DNA of 63,936 nucleotides, filler included, from Polymyxa betae A26-41 (Eukaryota; Protista; Endomyxa: Phytomyxea): NCBI GenBank assembly GCA_003693705.1. It is 5 parts of 5 records of this genome, joined end to end, with 100 filler letters (N's around TTAATTAATTAA, not from the genome) between each part and the next. Parts side by side here need not be neighbours in the genome. Positions count along the whole stretch, not along the records: positions 62,218 to 63,936 come from RBZT01000674.1; 4 more parts are not named here. One strand, 5' to 3'. Shown piece by piece: positions 62,569 to 63,936 of this stretch (position 1 is its first letter; each line of letters starts with the position of its first letter). The notes under the pieces were generated by a model. It saw only the letters and a program-made list of their open reading frames with translations, ran no database searches and was not told where the DNA came from. The position numbers and the translations under genes were made by a program.

Positions 62569-63936
62569 TGTGATAATATTGACTGGTGATGGACGTGATC
62601 AGACTGAACGGTAAAGAAGCATCCTGGAGATTCATCATATTATATAGAATAAGATATGTATTAAAAAAACTGAGAAATAATCTTAATTCGATTACTGGGA
62701 CAAACCACACAGAGCGCTCTGTAGCGGTGCTTACCTCATGTCGAACGATCTCAGCAATAACAACTCAACAGCCAGTGAGGTTCACCCTGAAGATGAACCT
62801 ATGCCAGACGTCAACAATAGCTCTGTCGTTACACCATCGAATGATGAGAATGGGCAGGATCCTGTGCATTCAAACTCTACATCGAGATCAAATCTTGTTT
62901 CAAATGAGTCATCGAGTCATCAATCGGCTGTTTTAGTGAAACCTGGCGAGCCGCCAGTTTTGAAGACTTTAGATATTCGAGATATTGTCACATTTCGTCA
63001 AAAGCACACTCGCTACTGTGAAATTCTGGAATACGCTCGACGTCACGGAGCTGGGCCAACTGCATTGCCTCAGAGTATTCTGACAATGATTGAGCCGAGT
63101 TTATTATCTGTTATTTGTAAACGCCTACTGAAGGTCGATCGGAAAGATTTGACAGATGAAGCGTTTAACAAATGGTTGGATCAATATCTGGAGATTGACA
63201 CTTCTACGCATCGTGAAATACCTTCTATAATGGCCTCTGAACTCAAGTATAATCTGAAAAAAAGCCGCGAGCGCGGGTTATAGACCTGATCAAGCAAATG
63301 GATAATCTTATTGAACTCTACAATTGGCAGAAAGTTTTTTCTGGGACTGCCCAAGGCAATAAGAACTATGTACGTTTTTTGATTGAAGCCTTGCAACCGA
63401 AAGCGTTTCGGGAGGAAATGATGTCACAAGTTCGTTTTCGAAACCCTGCCATTGAAGAAGATCATGATGCCTTCACAGTCGAATTAATTCGGCAGGTGGA
63501 GAACTTTGAGCATTATTTGCTCGATCAGGAGCGTTGGAAGGCCCATGGCCCTTTTGGGTCCAAACGTCCTTCACAGAATTATCGTGGAGATAATCGTCGC
63601 GAGGCGAAGAAACCTCGGACAGTTATCACTTGTTTAAAATGTCACACCGCTGGCCACCATATGAAAGTATGCCCGGAGAAGCCATCCGAGGCTGAGCAGC
63701 GGAAGCTCATTCAACAATACAAACTGGGGAAGAAGGAATTTAAAAATAAAGCTCATCCCACTTCTCGTTATATTCGGCTGGCGAAAATAGTAGACGATAC
63801 TCTTTCAAATGTGGGAGTAGTTAAAGTACTATTGGCCAATGGCCGTGCCGTGTGTCGAGGAGTCCTTGATAGCGGCGCTGAAGCAACTATAGTTTCGGGA
63901 AGACTTCTAAATGATTTAAAATCTAATATCCCGAAC
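62569..63936 (+). mobile_element. Gypsy retrotransposon 5' part (possible short LTR, gag, protease)
   Basis: gag ORF from 62738 with a frameshift near 63260, zinc knuckle CLKCHTAGHHMKVC and protease GVLDSGAE. Possible LTR TGTG...CCACA at 62569-62709. Confidence 0.85.

Overview
Eukaryotic draft-assembly sequence made of five contigs joined by artificial 100-bp spacers (44 N + TTAATTAATTAA + 44 N). Neighbourhoods across the spacers cannot be trusted. Positions ~3.4-24.9 kb are a compact, intron-rich gene block: a CEP135/BLD10-like centriole gene, several signal-peptide orphan genes, Sec20, MYCBP, a STYX-type pseudophosphatase, a LicD/fukutin-like protein, a mu-class GST and an ABCB10/MDL1-like transporter. 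This fits a flagellated, probably parasitic protist (a phytomyxid-like origin is a guess). The rest is mostly nested transposon debris: pogo and Tc1-like elements, Mutator- and hAT-type MITEs, Gypsy chromoviruses, Copia, an endonuclease-less Penelope-like element and RNase H LINEs. Most notable: (1) a very AT-rich ~500-bp island (54989-55490) with a protelomerase-like C-terminus convergent with a phage/giant-virus-type HNH endonuclease, plus a decayed GIY-YIG ~0.8 kb away, read as a relic of a hairpin-telomere virus or linear element; (2) a complete DD35D pogo transposon carrying a second, intact, spliced HIRAN-like gene; (3) a long-TIR element carrying effector-like coding sequence. All assignments come from motif recognition by eye, and exon boundaries and element ends are approximate.
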